A stretch of DNA of 64,000 nucleotides from an uncultured virus (IMG/VR IMGVR_UViG_3300035187_003505) (taxonomy: Duplodnaviria; Heunggongvirae; Uroviricota; Caudoviricetes). The stretch is from the IMG/VR virus record IMGVR_UViG_3300035187_003505; one strand, written 5' to 3'. The position numbers and the translations under genes were made by a program. A model generated the notes under the pieces. It did not search any database, was not told the origin of the DNA, and saw nothing but the letters and a program-made list of their open reading frames with translations. Below are positions 1 through 9,268 of the stretch, piece by piece. Within the stretch, counting starts at the first letter, position 1. Each line of letters starts with the position of its first letter.

Positions 1-2
1 GT

Positions 3-329
3 AAAACATTCAATGATTTCCCACCATCTATCACTGAAACTGTCATTGAGGAATACCGAGACTTCCGTGAGAAAGCTGATCAAATCCTCCTAGATCTAGG
101 TCTAGGAGACAACTCCCTAGAGGATTATTTCGAGACCTGCGAAGGCCGGATCGCACACTTATTCTTCTGTGTGCGCAATCATCACGGAAGTTCGTTTACA
201 GATGACTTCTGGGGCGATACTGTGGCAGCCAAATTGGCAAAACGGGTAGCTGCTCTAGCTAGCCAGTATCGCCAGTTAGATGTCTACGTCGGCGACGACG
301 GCAAAGTCTACATCGCGGGGTACGAATGA
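3..329 (+). CDS. hypothetical phage protein, 5'-truncated by window edge
   Basis: Open frame translated by hand, ending ...RNHHGSSFTDDFWG...DVYVGDDGKVYIAGYE-stop; stop overlaps the next ATG. Confidence 0.7.
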   Translation, partial: KTFNDFPPSITETVIEEYRDFREKADQILLDLGLGDNSLEDYFETCEGRIAHLFFCVRNHHGSSFTDDFWGDTVAAKLAKRVAALASQYRQLDVYVGDDGKVYIAGYE

Positions 330-541
330 TGCTCTCCTGTGTTTACTCGTTCAACGTCTTCGCTCCAGAGAACAGAATCTGGATGCACTTTGTCAGATCT
401 ACTTTCCATCAAGGCTGGTGGAAAGTAGAAGCTTCCGACCAAACAGGTCGAATGCTCCACTCTCGTCTAATCTCAGATGAGCACATGCACTCGATTTGGG
501 GAAGATTCTCTCATCTTGCAGAGGTAACCCTTTTCTCATGA
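326..541 (+). CDS. small hypothetical protein
   Basis: ATGA overlaps with both neighbours. Confidence 0.55.
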   Translation: MMLSCVYSFNVFAPENRIWMHFVRSTFHQGWWKVEASDQTGRMLHSRLISDEHMHSIWGRFSHLAEVTLFS

Positions 542-741
542 AAACACACTTCAGCAACCCTTCAGTTCCTCCCGTAGCTGCGGAGCAGCTTACCTCTGTA
601 GGAATCAACCCCGCAGATCTCTGGTTCTCACAGACTTTCTCGTCTTGGCAGTTCTGTGGCCACACCTGTGTCCGCTATCCTTACCACACCACGGGGGCCA
701 TTATTAAGGTTCTAGGACTTACTCCAAACCCAGAGGCTTAA
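538..741 (+). CDS. small hypothetical protein
   Basis: ATGA-coupled start at 538 within ORF 496..741. Confidence 0.55.
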   Translation: MKTHFSNPSVPPVAAEQLTSVGINPADLWFSQTFSSWQFCGHTCVRYPYHTTGAIIKVLGLTPNPEA

Positions 742-744
742 ACC

Positions 745-1038
745 ATGTCTAAATCCAAAACCGACCAAACCTCGGTATGGACCGGGGAGTATATACGCGG
801 GGCCCTTCCTGCCGCCATAGTCAAATACCATGGACCCACAAGTCGCCGTCCACCAAAATGGATAGCAACGCTTACCCGTGGTGAGGGGCTTGTAGTTCGC
901 CTCGCTGTACCTTTCAGCGACGGGCCTTTAGTTGCTGCTCTAGCAGTAGCGGCCAAGTCTGGCAGCCCTCATTGGGCTGTAGCATCAGTACATCATATAG
1001 ATAATATCACTTATTCCGTGGCCTTTAATTCCCCATGA
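745..1038 (+). CDS. hypothetical protein (KYHGPT motif)
   Basis: Tiles with neighbours; KYHGPTSRRPPKW resembles a common small phage family. Confidence 0.65.
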   Translation: MSKSKTDQTSVWTGEYIRGALPAAIVKYHGPTSRRPPKWIATLTRGEGLVVRLAVPFSDGPLVAALAVAAKSGSPHWAVASVHHIDNITYSVAFNSP

Positions 1039-1196
1039 ATTGCACTCATTGTGGCAAGCCGATTATCCTCGTACCTTCTGCAGCCGAAAGAGCTAGGAAG
1101 TACGGAGGTAAGCCATCTGATTACACCAGATTGTTCACTATGCACGCTACTTGTCAGCTAGAGCTACGCGACGGGAGGTCAAAGTCTCATGCCTAA
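1035..1196 (+). CDS. small Cys/His zinc-binding hypothetical protein
   Basis: Hand translation MNCTHCGKPIILVPSAAERARKYGGKPSDYTRLFTMHATC...; ATGA overlap; below ORF-track cutoff. Confidence 0.65.
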   Translation: MNCTHCGKPIILVPSAAERARKYGGKPSDYTRLFTMHATCQLELRDGRSKSHA

Positions 1197-1416
1197 ACCC
1201 AACTACGGCTATGACTACACCACTGGTGAAAGCCAAAAGCGTCTGATGTACGAATCAGTCGGGATGCACTACGAACCGCCAAAGCCAATCCTACCCTGGA
1301 AACCGGGTGATCCCGACTACGGGGCGGATCCGTTAGGTGACGGCACTCACCGCATGGTGCCATCTGGAGATATTGTTAGTTTGGAGGAGCGATGTAGACG
1401 ACTTAATAAACGTTAA
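1189..1416 (+). CDS. hypothetical protein
   Basis: ORF tiling. Confidence 0.6.
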   Translation: MPKPNYGYDYTTGESQKRLMYESVGMHYEPPKPILPWKPGDPDYGADPLGDGTHRMVPSGDIVSLEERCRRLNKR

Positions 1417-1438
1417 ATCCATCTACCCCAATTTTCCC

Positions 1439-1828
1439 ATGAACCGCTCTTATCTCGTCGCTAAAGTAGCTGACGAGCTATTCCTCGTGTCCCGCTGCCA
1501 CGGGTCTTACGGAGAATCTCTCCAAAAAACCCTAGTCGAATCCTACAATAGCGGCCCCTTGGCCGCCATGTTGGTATCGCCTGGAGGCATGTCGGGCATC
1601 AACGACAAAATCAAAAGACTAACAGGTCGATATAACAGTAAGGGAGAGGATATAGAATCCTCTACCGAAGGGCCATCTTACCACTACTGTCGTAGTGAGA
1701 TGTGTCTACACTTCAAAACATTCGGCCAAGTCAAATCCTTCCTCAGAAATGCTGAGCTAATCACTTGGCATTACTGGGACGGCTTCCTATGGACTATGAC
1801 CGACACCCGTTCACCCCTCCCCGGCTAA
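1439..1828 (+). CDS. hypothetical protein
   Basis: ATG after TTTTCCC leader inside ORF 1337..1828. Confidence 0.6.
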   Translation: MNRSYLVAKVADELFLVSRCHGSYGESLQKTLVESYNSGPLAAMLVSPGGMSGINDKIKRLTGRYNSKGEDIESSTEGPSYHYCRSEMCLHFKTFGQVKSFLRNAELITWHYWDGFLWTMTDTRSPLPG

Positions 1829-1842
1829 CACCGGCTGATCCA

Positions 1843-2445
1843 ATGCAATCAACCATTACCGAGCAGCAACAACAAGCCATTGCTCTCAAGCTGGCTACCA
1901 TGCACCTACCTGCAGGCTTAGGCGATGAACACAACGCCTGCAGCATCGCTGCAATCAATCTAACCCTTTCTGGGGAATTATCTGACACAATTCCACTGTG
2001 CATGTCAGAAGTTATCGGAAAATGGATAATTCCAATGCAGGATGCCATGCCTGATACAATGCGAAATAGCACAGAGTGGAAGCGCCTATTACCGCTAGCC
2101 GCCGGGACTGGCCGTGAGAGAGAGCAAGAACGCCTAACTATTATCATGAATTGGCTATGGGAATCCGTTCTACCTGCTGTTCAACCAGCAGCCGACTCAG
2201 GAGGCTATGGGGAGCAGTGGAAGGAGATGCTGCGGCAAAGAACTGTTGCTGCTGCTGTTGCTGCTGCTGATGCTGCTGATGCTGCTCGTGCTGTTGCTGC
2301 TGCTGATGCTGCTGTTGCTGCTGTTGCTGCTGATGCTGCTGATGCTGCTCGTGCTGCTGCTGATGCTGATGCTGCTGTTGCTGCTGCTTGGACCACATTC
2401 AACCCTTGCGGGTTGCTAGATAAGCTTATCAAGCTGGAGCATTAA
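1843..2445 (+). CDS. hypothetical protein with Ala/Asp-rich low-complexity tract
   Basis: ACSIAAINL...CMSEVIGKWI N-domain followed by AAADAADAARA repeats. Confidence 0.7.
   Translation: MQSTITEQQQQAIALKLATMHLPAGLGDEHNACSIAAINLTLSGELSDTIPLCMSEVIGKWIIPMQDAMPDTMRNSTEWKRLLPLAAGTGREREQERLTIIMNWLWESVLPAVQPAADSGGYGEQWKEMLRQRTVAAAVAAADAADAARAVAAADAAVAAVAADAADAARAAADADAAVAAAWTTFNPCGLLDKLIKLEH
2244..2388. repeat. degenerate (GCT/GAT/GTT)n trinucleotide tract
   Basis: Directly visible; encodes poly-Ala/Asp/Val in the real frame. Confidence 0.9.
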
Positions 2446-2466
2446 CCAACGCACCCCATCATCCCC

Positions 2467-3165
2467 ATGAATGACCCTCTTTCCCACTTCATTGCCCGCT
2501 CCGGCAATGCCAAAACCGGGCCGATCTCTTTGACTCTAACCGAGGAGTCCTCCTGTCCCACAACCTGCCCGCTCAAGGGCCACGGCTGCTATGCCTCCTA
2601 CGGCATGGTCCTATTCCACTGGTCAAAAGTCCCCACTACCGGGATCTCCCCAGAATCCCTATTCGCCAAGCTCCGAGAGTTACGCCCCGGCGCCTATTTC
2701 CGCCACAATGTGGCTGGCGATCTCTGGCACAATACCGGCCAGCTCATCCCCCGGCTTGTCCTTGGCCTGGCCGCTGCCGCTGCCCATCTCAAAGCCTGGA
2801 CATACACGCATCACGTCCTATCTCCCGCCAATCTCCTCGTAATTCGAGAAGCAATCAGCCGGGGATTCTGCATAAACATCTCCACGGAGACCCCCGAGGA
2901 CGCCGCCTCCTCCTTCCGGCAGGGCCTCCCAACTGTCCTAGTGGTCCCTCCTGAATCCCCCACCCATTTCAAGATCGACGGGATCCCCGTCATCCAATGT
3001 CCAGCTAACACAGCAAATTACATTACCTGCTCTAACTGCGGAGGAAAGCAGGGCCCTATCTGTGCTCGTCCCGCTCGCACAGTTATTGTCGCGTTCTGGG
3101 CCCACGGGGCTGGCCGCAAAAAAGCAGCGGCTATCGCCCGTGGCGATAACTCCGGGGATCTCTGA
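2467..3165 (+). CDS. Cys-rich GP88/DUF7227-like phage protein
   Basis: SGNAKTG, CPTTCPL..GCYA, RHNVAGD, WTYTH, CPA..TCSNC..C motifs. Confidence 0.7.
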   Translation: MNDPLSHFIARSGNAKTGPISLTLTEESSCPTTCPLKGHGCYASYGMVLFHWSKVPTTGISPESLFAKLRELRPGAYFRHNVAGDLWHNTGQLIPRLVLGLAAAAAHLKAWTYTHHVLSPANLLVIREAISRGFCINISTETPEDAASSFRQGLPTVLVVPPESPTHFKIDGIPVIQCPANTANYITCSNCGGKQGPICARPARTVIVAFWAHGAGRKKAAAIARGDNSGDL

Positions 3166-3297
3166 TGTATCCCCGCTCTGTCCGGTCCATGGATCCTCCC
3201 ATGGACCCACCCGACCCCCCGGAGAGGGATGATAACGAGTCCCCTCCGGGGGACTGGCTTGACGATTTTCTTTCCTACTACCCCAATCCTGATTCCG

Positions 3298-3561
3298 ATG
3301 AACATGTCAACCCCACCACTTTCTGAAGAGCAAGTAGCTAAGCGATTGGCTCTAAATAGGCTACGGCCTATCATGAAGATCGCCGTAGATGCCATGAGCA
3401 GAGATCCGCTTGCTAATGAAAAAGCTCTTGCTAATTACATACCAGCACGGGAACACAGATGGATTCGTTCCGCCTGGGGAGCAGCTACTAATGAGGGGTC
3501 AACCACTCTGGATCTAAAAGACTGGATGATCGAGCAAGCAGGGTTAGCGGAAACTCCATGA
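3298..3561 (+). CDS. hypothetical protein
   Basis: ATG after pyrimidine-rich leader inside ORF 3229..3561. Confidence 0.55.
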   Translation: MNMSTPPLSEEQVAKRLALNRLRPIMKIAVDAMSRDPLANEKALANYIPAREHRWIRSAWGAATNEGSTTLDLKDWMIEQAGLAETP

Positions 3562-3660
3562 AACTAGCCCATCTAGCCCAATACGCCTTCGGCGTGACTA
3601 TGGGCCTAGCTTTCGCCGCATCTGCGGTATTCCATGCAACCCATCCTAACCGTTCTCCCC

Positions 3661-3909
3661 ATGTCCCTCCTCTCCCGCTTTTTCCGCAAACAGAAGACCA
3701 CCCGTACCTGCATCGTAACTTGTAAGCTATAGGTAAATGGTGCTTGGAGCGCCCCGTTTGGCAAACGAGCAGAGTTCCACTGTTTCTCTACCGACCACGA
3801 GGCATACGAAAACGGGCCGGGGTTACAACCCGTGGCCATTGTTGAATATGTAGACGGTAAGGTAGAAGCCGTCCATGTTAGTAAGATAAGATTCATCACA
3901 CCTCTATAA
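3661..3909 (+). pseudogene. small phage gene interrupted by one in-frame TAG (3730-3732)
   Basis: Hand translation MSLLSRFF..CKL*VNGAW..FHCFSTDHEAYENGPG..AIVEYVDGKVEAV..IRF; downstream part resembles a common phage family. Confidence 0.55.
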
Positions 3910-3933
3910 GAGTAACCTCTTCCACTAACCATC

Positions 3934-4173
3934 ATGGATAAAATCTGGGTCTTAACCCGATCTCACAATGACCACAACCAACACGGACACTACTTCGTAG
4001 CCCCCTTCAAACAACTACCTACAGTAGAGCAGCTACTCGACTTTACTAAAGACGAAGTCGATTACAGTAACGTCACAGATCTGCTCAAGTTCCTCCTACA
4101 CCTCCAAAAGGGTGGAGGACGCATCAATGACGAACAAGTCTGGTTTACTCTTACACAAACGGTTCTATACTAA
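3934..4173 (+). CDS. hypothetical protein
   Basis: ORF tiling. Confidence 0.65.
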   Translation: MDKIWVLTRSHNDHNQHGHYFVAPFKQLPTVEQLLDFTKDEVDYSNVTDLLKFLLHLQKGGGRINDEQVWFTLTQTVLY

Positions 4174-4272
4174 TCAGACGACGCCCCGAAGCCTCCTGTC
4201 TCCCCCGGCAGGGGGCTTCCTGGCGCCCTCTGCGCCCTGGTCCCACTCACCCCGGCTTCTGCCGTACCATCC

Positions 4273-4683
4273 ATGCCTACCTCCACTGCTCCAGCCACTT
4301 CCACAACTGCCACAAAGCCCCGTTCGCAGATCAAAGTCCCCCCTCAGCCAAAGACTTACTCCCCTACTGGGGAGATTGGTGGCAGGGTGGCCAAGGCGTT
4401 CGCCATCAAGTTAGAGATGGACCGGCTGAAAGCGCAGCTAGACGGTCATGTCGCAGCGCTAAAAGCGCACGCTGTTAAGAATAACATCAGCCGGATTGAT
4501 GTTGGGGAGTTTCAAGTGCAGATCAAGAGTAGGAATAATTGGGAATACAGCGTAGCGCTGCAGGCGAAAATGCTTAAGATTGAGCAAGAGCAGAAGCTGG
4601 AGCAGCTTAATAAGAAAGCAAAGAATACTCCGACAATCTACGCTGCGTTGGCTGTTAGCAGCAAAGCTGCTTCGCAGGGTTGA
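4273..4683 (+). CDS. hypothetical coiled-coil protein
   Basis: ORF with helical composition. Confidence 0.7.
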   Translation: MPTSTAPATSTTATKPRSQIKVPPQPKTYSPTGEIGGRVAKAFAIKLEMDRLKAQLDGHVAALKAHAVKNNISRIDVGEFQVQIKSRNNWEYSVALQAKMLKIEQEQKLEQLNKKAKNTPTIYAALAVSSKAASQG

Positions 4684-4686
4684 GCC

Positions 4687-5013
4687 ATGAGTCATCAAAT
4701 AGCGGATGAGATGGTTCGGCAAGAGATCAGCAACGCTGTAGAGAGTGTTGAATGGCATATTGTCAATAGTGACGCCACTAATGATCTAATGTCTAAAATC
4801 CGTCAAGGGTGGACTTTAGACCAATGCAGGAACCATGTAATCTATCAGATCCTGTTTATACGCTGGCATTTATGCGCTAGCTCAGCCGAATGCAACCCTG
4901 AGCGCTTCTTCCTCTCTTATCTTAAAGAAGAGATAAAAGCTAACGGCAATGTTGAGGACTTGAAGTTACCAGTATTTACAGCATTAAAACCATCCCCCGA
5001 GCCCGCCCAATGA
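4687..5013 (+). CDS. hypothetical protein
   Basis: ORF tiling, ATGA overlap. Confidence 0.6.
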   Translation: MSHQIADEMVRQEISNAVESVEWHIVNSDATNDLMSKIRQGWTLDQCRNHVIYQILFIRWHLCASSAECNPERFFLSYLKEEIKANGNVEDLKLPVFTALKPSPEPAQ

Positions 5014-5228
5014 GCACCGCTAAACCATCAATTACAGACGATCAAAAAGTCATGCTCCGCCTAATCGAGCGTAGCCCTGACATTGGGGATGGCTGGCGTC
5101 AATCCAGCACCCCGCTTTGGCAACATGTTGTAGACCAAAGCCCCCCAGACCTGGTTGAGCTTGACCACGAACAAAAACGTGTTCGTTTCACTCCTGAGGG
5201 GATCGTTGTTATGCGGTGGCTAACATGA
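5010..5228 (+). CDS. hypothetical protein
   Basis: ATGA overlaps. Confidence 0.65.
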   Translation: MSTAKPSITDDQKVMLRLIERSPDIGDGWRQSSTPLWQHVVDQSPPDLVELDHEQKRVRFTPEGIVVMRWLT

Positions 5229-5443
5229 CTGTTAAAAAAGTTGAGCGCTTTGCTACAACTGACGGGCTTCTCTTTGAGGACCCGGTTGAGGCTAATTCCC
5301 ATCAGGACCGCCTAGACCTCAACTTGTGGTACAACGACAACCAGCTAACATACGACTTTGGTCTAAAAGTACCATTTGACGATCTAGTCAACTGGCTACA
5401 GACCCACCCAGTTAAAGTCCGACAATTACTAAAAGTCTACTAA
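5225..5443 (+). CDS. hypothetical protein
   Basis: ATGA-coupled start; FATTDGLLFED motif typical of small phage proteins. Confidence 0.65.
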   Translation: MTVKKVERFATTDGLLFEDPVEANSHQDRLDLNLWYNDNQLTYDFGLKVPFDDLVNWLQTHPVKVRQLLKVY

Positions 5444-5487
5444 TGACTCATCTTCTTCCCCGCACCTCGGTTAATGCCGATTGACCC

Positions 5488-5703
5488 ATGAGCACTAACA
5501 ACCTCACTCCAGTTACACAAGAACAATTCTATGCAAGAATCAACGAACTGTCTAAAAAAGGCATTGACGTTCATCCTTCTTTGCGCAGAACTCCTTATCC
5601 ATATACCTCTGACTGGAAGAAGAGAGACGGAACAGTCGTAGGCGTATCTAAGTCAGAACGCAGCAATGGGGAAACCAGTCAATATTTCTTAGTAGAGTCA
5701 TGA
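5488..5703 (+). CDS. hypothetical protein
   Basis: ORF tiling. Confidence 0.65.
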   Translation: MSTNNLTPVTQEQFYARINELSKKGIDVHPSLRRTPYPYTSDWKKRDGTVVGVSKSERSNGETSQYFLVES

Positions 5704-5819
5704 TTGACTACTGCCGCATCACCCGTAAGCAGTTCTATAAGTGGGGTGGCTTTTCCGATCACCGAAATGTTCGCAAACAGTTGGGCCGTAGTTGGTCCTA
5801 CTGGCGACGAGTTTACTGA
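5700..5819 (+). CDS. 39-aa basic/aromatic peptide
   Basis: Hand translation MIDYCRITRKQFYKWGGFSDHRNVRKQLGRSWSYWRRVY; ATGA overlap. Confidence 0.55.
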   Translation: MIDYCRITRKQFYKWGGFSDHRNVRKQLGRSWSYWRRVY

Positions 5820-5857
5820 CCTAGCCCCCCTCTCCCCGGCAACAGCCGGTCGATCCG

Positions 5858-6037
5858 ATGACCCAACCACATCCAGTCCACTTTAGTCAAATTGATGATC
5901 TTGTCAGCATCGGTACAGCCATCTATAACCGAGCGCAAGCTCTTCGCCAAGAGGCGCACGATCTAGAAGTCACTTACAACAATGTCGTACTAGGGATAGA
6001 GAAGGCTCTATCTACTCTACCTTCTGATCAACCATGA
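5858..6037 (+). CDS. small coiled-coil hypothetical protein
   Basis: Hand translation fills the gap; ATGA overlap with next gene. Confidence 0.55.
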   Translation: MTQPHPVHFSQIDDLVSIGTAIYNRAQALRQEAHDLEVTYNNVVLGIEKALSTLPSDQP

Positions 6038-6222
6038 ACATGCTCAAGTATCTAGAAGACGCCTGCGAAGGCATCGACGCTTCAATCTTTTCCAGTGATT
6101 TACTCTATGACGATGAACGCCGTGAAATGCTCAAGGAGTACATCGGTAGATGGACAAGAGCTATCACCAAACACGAAGCCGAACCACCCGTTATTGATGA
6201 GAAAGATGAGGATGAGCCATGA
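6034..6222 (+). CDS. small acidic hypothetical protein
   Basis: ATGA overlaps. Confidence 0.6.
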   Translation: MNMLKYLEDACEGIDASIFSSDLLYDDERREMLKEYIGRWTRAITKHEAEPPVIDEKDEDEP

Positions 6223-6821
6223 AATCCCCGAAAGCTCTTAAACTCAAGCCTGACGGTAGCTATAGCTTTAAGTTCTCTATAGCTCAACAGCGGCTACTCC
6301 TAAGCCTCCTGAACGCAGGGGCTACAGCTATAGCCATAAACTCCCAACGCTTTAGAAAAACTGCCTACGTTCTCCAACGATTACATCTAATCGTAATTGT
6401 CGAGCACCAACACACTGACCCTCCTTACTTCAACCTGCGCCTCACCAATGCCGGGCTAGCCACCGCTATAGAACTGCGGCGGCTAGCTAATACCACTCAA
6501 TTACAACTCGATCTTCAGTCTAATCCAACCCCTACTCCAATGACTCAATCTTCCGCCCCACAGCCCCCCGAGCTTGTCCTCCCTCAGATCAATCTAAACG
6601 GCAACAGCCGTGAATCACTGGTAAAAGATTATACCGAGGCTCTTGATGCTCAGAATACAGCATTGGCCTTATTCCTAAAGATTGACTTCCACGGGCGCAA
6701 TTACCAGACTCTCCCAGACGGGAGCTTCGAAGCTGCTCGAAAATCCCGCGAAGTGGTGATCGACCACTTCCGCGCCATCGACCGCTACCTCATGGCCCAT
6801 CTGGAGGCCATAGAGTCATAA
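6219..6821 (+). CDS. hypothetical protein (possible second start at 6540)
   Basis: ORF; C-terminal half has INLNGNS...HGRNY family-like motif. Confidence 0.6.
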   Translation: MKSPKALKLKPDGSYSFKFSIAQQRLLLSLLNAGATAIAINSQRFRKTAYVLQRLHLIVIVEHQHTDPPYFNLRLTNAGLATAIELRRLANTTQLQLDLQSNPTPTPMTQSSAPQPPELVLPQINLNGNSRESLVKDYTEALDAQNTALALFLKIDFHGRNYQTLPDGSFEAARKSREVVIDHFRAIDRYLMAHLEAIES

Positions 6822-6916
6822 GGGAACCCTCCTAGGCTGCGCCCCATCCGCCTGGCTGTCAACCACGTTGACGTAAGTCCAGTCGCCGCAGGCTTTCCCA
6901 CCTGCCTCCCCTCAAC

Positions 6917-6948
6917 AGGTTGACAACCTCTCCTGTTCTTGATAGGTT
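6917..6948 (+). promoter_or_regulatory. sigma70-type promoter with overlapping palindrome
   Basis: TTGACA (6920-6925)-17 nt-TAGGTT (6943-6948) with upstream TG; AGGTTG-A-CAACCT inverted repeat over the -35. Confidence 0.65.
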
Positions 6949-6985
6949 GACCACATACCCGCAATCGCGGCCCCCCCCCACCTTC

Positions 6986-8092
6986 ATGCAGAACTCCTTC
7001 AACCAGACCAGCACCACTGTCGATCAAGCCTTTGCTCGTGACGGCAAGGGTCTCATGGTCTACGGCAACTACCGCGCCGCCGGTTACGCCGTCAACCCCC
7101 TCAGCGAGGTAGCGGGCGGCATTCTCGTCTCCCCCGACGCCACCCCCGAGGCCGCCTTCTCCCAGGCTGGACTCACCTGGACTGCAGACACCACCGATGT
7201 GGGCTTTACCACTGGAGTCCCCGGTGGTGCATATCACCCAACCGCAGCTTATAAATCCATCGTCCGCTCCGACACAGGTGGGCTCCTGGCCATCCACGGC
7301 CCTGGCTATACCCCTGTCCAGAACCACGAACTTAGAGGCATCTTCGATGCTCTAGAAGGCCGCGCCCAAATAGAGGACATCCTCTCCATCAACGGAGGCG
7401 AGCGTGTCTACATCACGGCTACAATCAACGCTCAGAATGATGTCCTCCCCGGCGACGTAGTCCGCCGCTACCTCCATCTGAGCAACGGCCACAAGGGTAG
7501 CTCCCTCCGCGCCTACTTCACAGATAAACGACTGTTCTGTGCCAACCAACTATCATACTTCGATGGCACGGTGTTTAACCAGGCCAACAAGAAAGGTGAT
7601 GCGCTCAAGCACCGACATAGCCGTGGAATCACGGAATTCATCCGTCGTCTTCCCGGTCTCATAGACGCGGAGATCCAGCAATTCCACACCACAATCGACG
7701 GCTTCCGCGCCATGGCGGATGTCCAGGTGACCACTGAACATGCCGCACAGGTATTGAGCGCTGCCTTCGCGGATCGCCTCGCAGTCCCCATCCGTGACCG
7801 CACCAGCACCGACCGTTCGACAATGCGCAAGCGCACACTGCTAGATCTCAACGACGAGGTGGATGCAATCCGCAGCCACGCCTATGGCGACACTGGGATC
7901 GGCTTCGACTTCCCTGGCATGCGTGGTTCCCTTTGGGGGCTCTACAACGCCATCACCCAGTACACCACTTGGGACACCGGGCGGGCGAAGGACCCTCTCG
8001 ATCGGGCCCGTGGCCGCCTGGAGGCTCTCTACGGCGGAGCCGGCTCCCAGCGCATCGAGCGGGCCCGCGAAGCGTGCCTTGCTTTGGTTTGA
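6986..8092 (+). CDS. DUF932 family protein
   Basis: AGLTW, IVRSDTG, YTPVQN, GGERVYI, LSNGHKG, RLFCANQ, RHS, GSLWGLYNAITQY motifs. Confidence 0.85.
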   Translation: MQNSFNQTSTTVDQAFARDGKGLMVYGNYRAAGYAVNPLSEVAGGILVSPDATPEAAFSQAGLTWTADTTDVGFTTGVPGGAYHPTAAYKSIVRSDTGGLLAIHGPGYTPVQNHELRGIFDALEGRAQIEDILSINGGERVYITATINAQNDVLPGDVVRRYLHLSNGHKGSSLRAYFTDKRLFCANQLSYFDGTVFNQANKKGDALKHRHSRGITEFIRRLPGLIDAEIQQFHTTIDGFRAMADVQVTTEHAAQVLSAAFADRLAVPIRDRTSTDRSTMRKRTLLDLNDEVDAIRSHAYGDTGIGFDFPGMRGSLWGLYNAITQYTTWDTGRAKDPLDRARGRLEALYGGAGSQRIERAREACLALV

Positions 8093-8147
8093 CCCCCCAG
8101 CCCGCCGGGGCTTTCCGGCAACTCATTCCATTGCACTGACAATCATG
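8090..8147 (+). repeat. intergenic stop-to-start repeat, copy 1
   Basis: TGACCCCCCAGCCCGCCG..GCTT.CCGGCAA...ACAATCATG; near copy at 8792-8854. Confidence 0.85.
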
Positions 8148-8402
8148 TTTTACGTTCAAGCAACGCTTCAGGAACCTAAGGGAGTTTCAAGCATGGGCAA
8201 AGATCATCTATCTAAATTCCCTCGGGAAGCTTATGTTTGCTGGGATACCTTGCCGTCGCGGGCAGATGTTCCTTGTTTCCGGTGCATTGACGATCCAGCG
8301 ATAAGGCCAGTATCAAGAGAAGAGGCAGAACGACTAATGCTTAGATGCCAAGAAGTTCATGGAGCAATGTATGACCACAACTTACGAATTGTACCTGCTT
8401 GA
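8145..8402 (+). CDS. hypothetical protein
   Basis: ATG at end of the repeated leader, inside ORF 7863..8402. Confidence 0.6.
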   Translation: MFYVQATLQEPKGVSSMGKDHLSKFPREAYVCWDTLPSRADVPCFRCIDDPAIRPVSREEAERLMLRCQEVHGAMYDHNLRIVPA

Positions 8403-8452
8403 CCCCCCATCCCATCTTGTTCAAACAACACCGGCAACAAGCCGGTTCCACA

Positions 8453-8794
8453 ATGACACTTTATACAGAGCTTCTTGGCCTATTGATCCCCGTGGCAAAG
8501 GCTAACCTTCTAGTTTCAACCGTTTACGCAAATCCCGCTAGCGGCTTGACCGTCCAAGCCTGGCCAAGATCCGATTGCTCTTGGTATCTTCTTTTTCAGG
8601 TAAAGGATCAGTATTCACTGACGCTTAATGAAACAGCGGTCTTCTATATGTTCCGCAGGCTGACTGAATATTACACGCAACCTCCCGGCGGATGGGCTAG
8701 TTACGCATGGCAGCCCGTTGGCCATCCCATGGTCCCCCTGTCGGCGCTGGCTGCCGTACAAGTTTGGCTAACCAAACAAGAGGCCGCCGCCTGA
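8453..8794 (+). CDS. hypothetical protein
   Basis: First ATG of ORF 8399..8794. Confidence 0.55.
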   Translation: MTLYTELLGLLIPVAKANLLVSTVYANPASGLTVQAWPRSDCSWYLLFQVKDQYSLTLNETAVFYMFRRLTEYYTQPPGGWASYAWQPVGHPMVPLSALAAVQVWLTKQEAAA

Positions 8795-8854
8795 CCCCCC
8801 AGCCCGCCGAGGCTTCCCGGCAATCAATTCAATCCCATCGCATCAACAATCATG
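8792..8854 (+). repeat. intergenic stop-to-start repeat, copy 2
   Basis: Near copy of 8090-8147. Confidence 0.85.
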
Positions 8855-9043
8855 GCTTATTACCGCATCGAAACTTTTCATGATGGTCACTGGACTGATG
8901 ATCCCAGCTTGCTAGGGCATGGCATTGTAAATGAAGACAACGAATTTGCTGATGATCTAGAAGCTATCAATGCTATCGACGATCTAGTCGCGGAAGGTTT
9001 CGACCGCCACAATCTACGATTTGTTGAAATCGACTCTGATTAA
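8852..9043 (+). CDS. small acidic protein, paralog of 9819..10019
   Basis: Shared pattern IE..HDG..W.DDP...N.F....A..A...L...F....LR.V. Confidence 0.65.
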   Translation: MAYYRIETFHDGHWTDDPSLLGHGIVNEDNEFADDLEAINAIDDLVAEGFDRHNLRFVEIDSD

Positions 9044-9268
9044 CTTTTATCCATTTATCCATCATCATAGAGGCAATGCTGTGGACCCGCAGAATGACTC
9101 GCAGTTTGGCCACGTACACTGGCGCAGTACCCTGACTGGCGCAAAAGGTGCCGGTAGTGGTGTACATCTACAGAATCCCGAAGAAGTGATTGACGGATTA
9201 AATAACCAGTTTCCTGGAATTATACATCACTGGGTGCCATTTGGACCCAAAAGCAGCGAATCCCAACC

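Noticed and set aside
2144..2432. Poly-Gln, poly-Leu and poly-Ala ORFs in other frames
   Set aside because: Shadows of the GCT-type tract in gene 1843..2445
3606..3935. Minus-strand 109-aa ORF
   Set aside because: Opposes an all-plus region; the plus frame with one TAG is more protein-like
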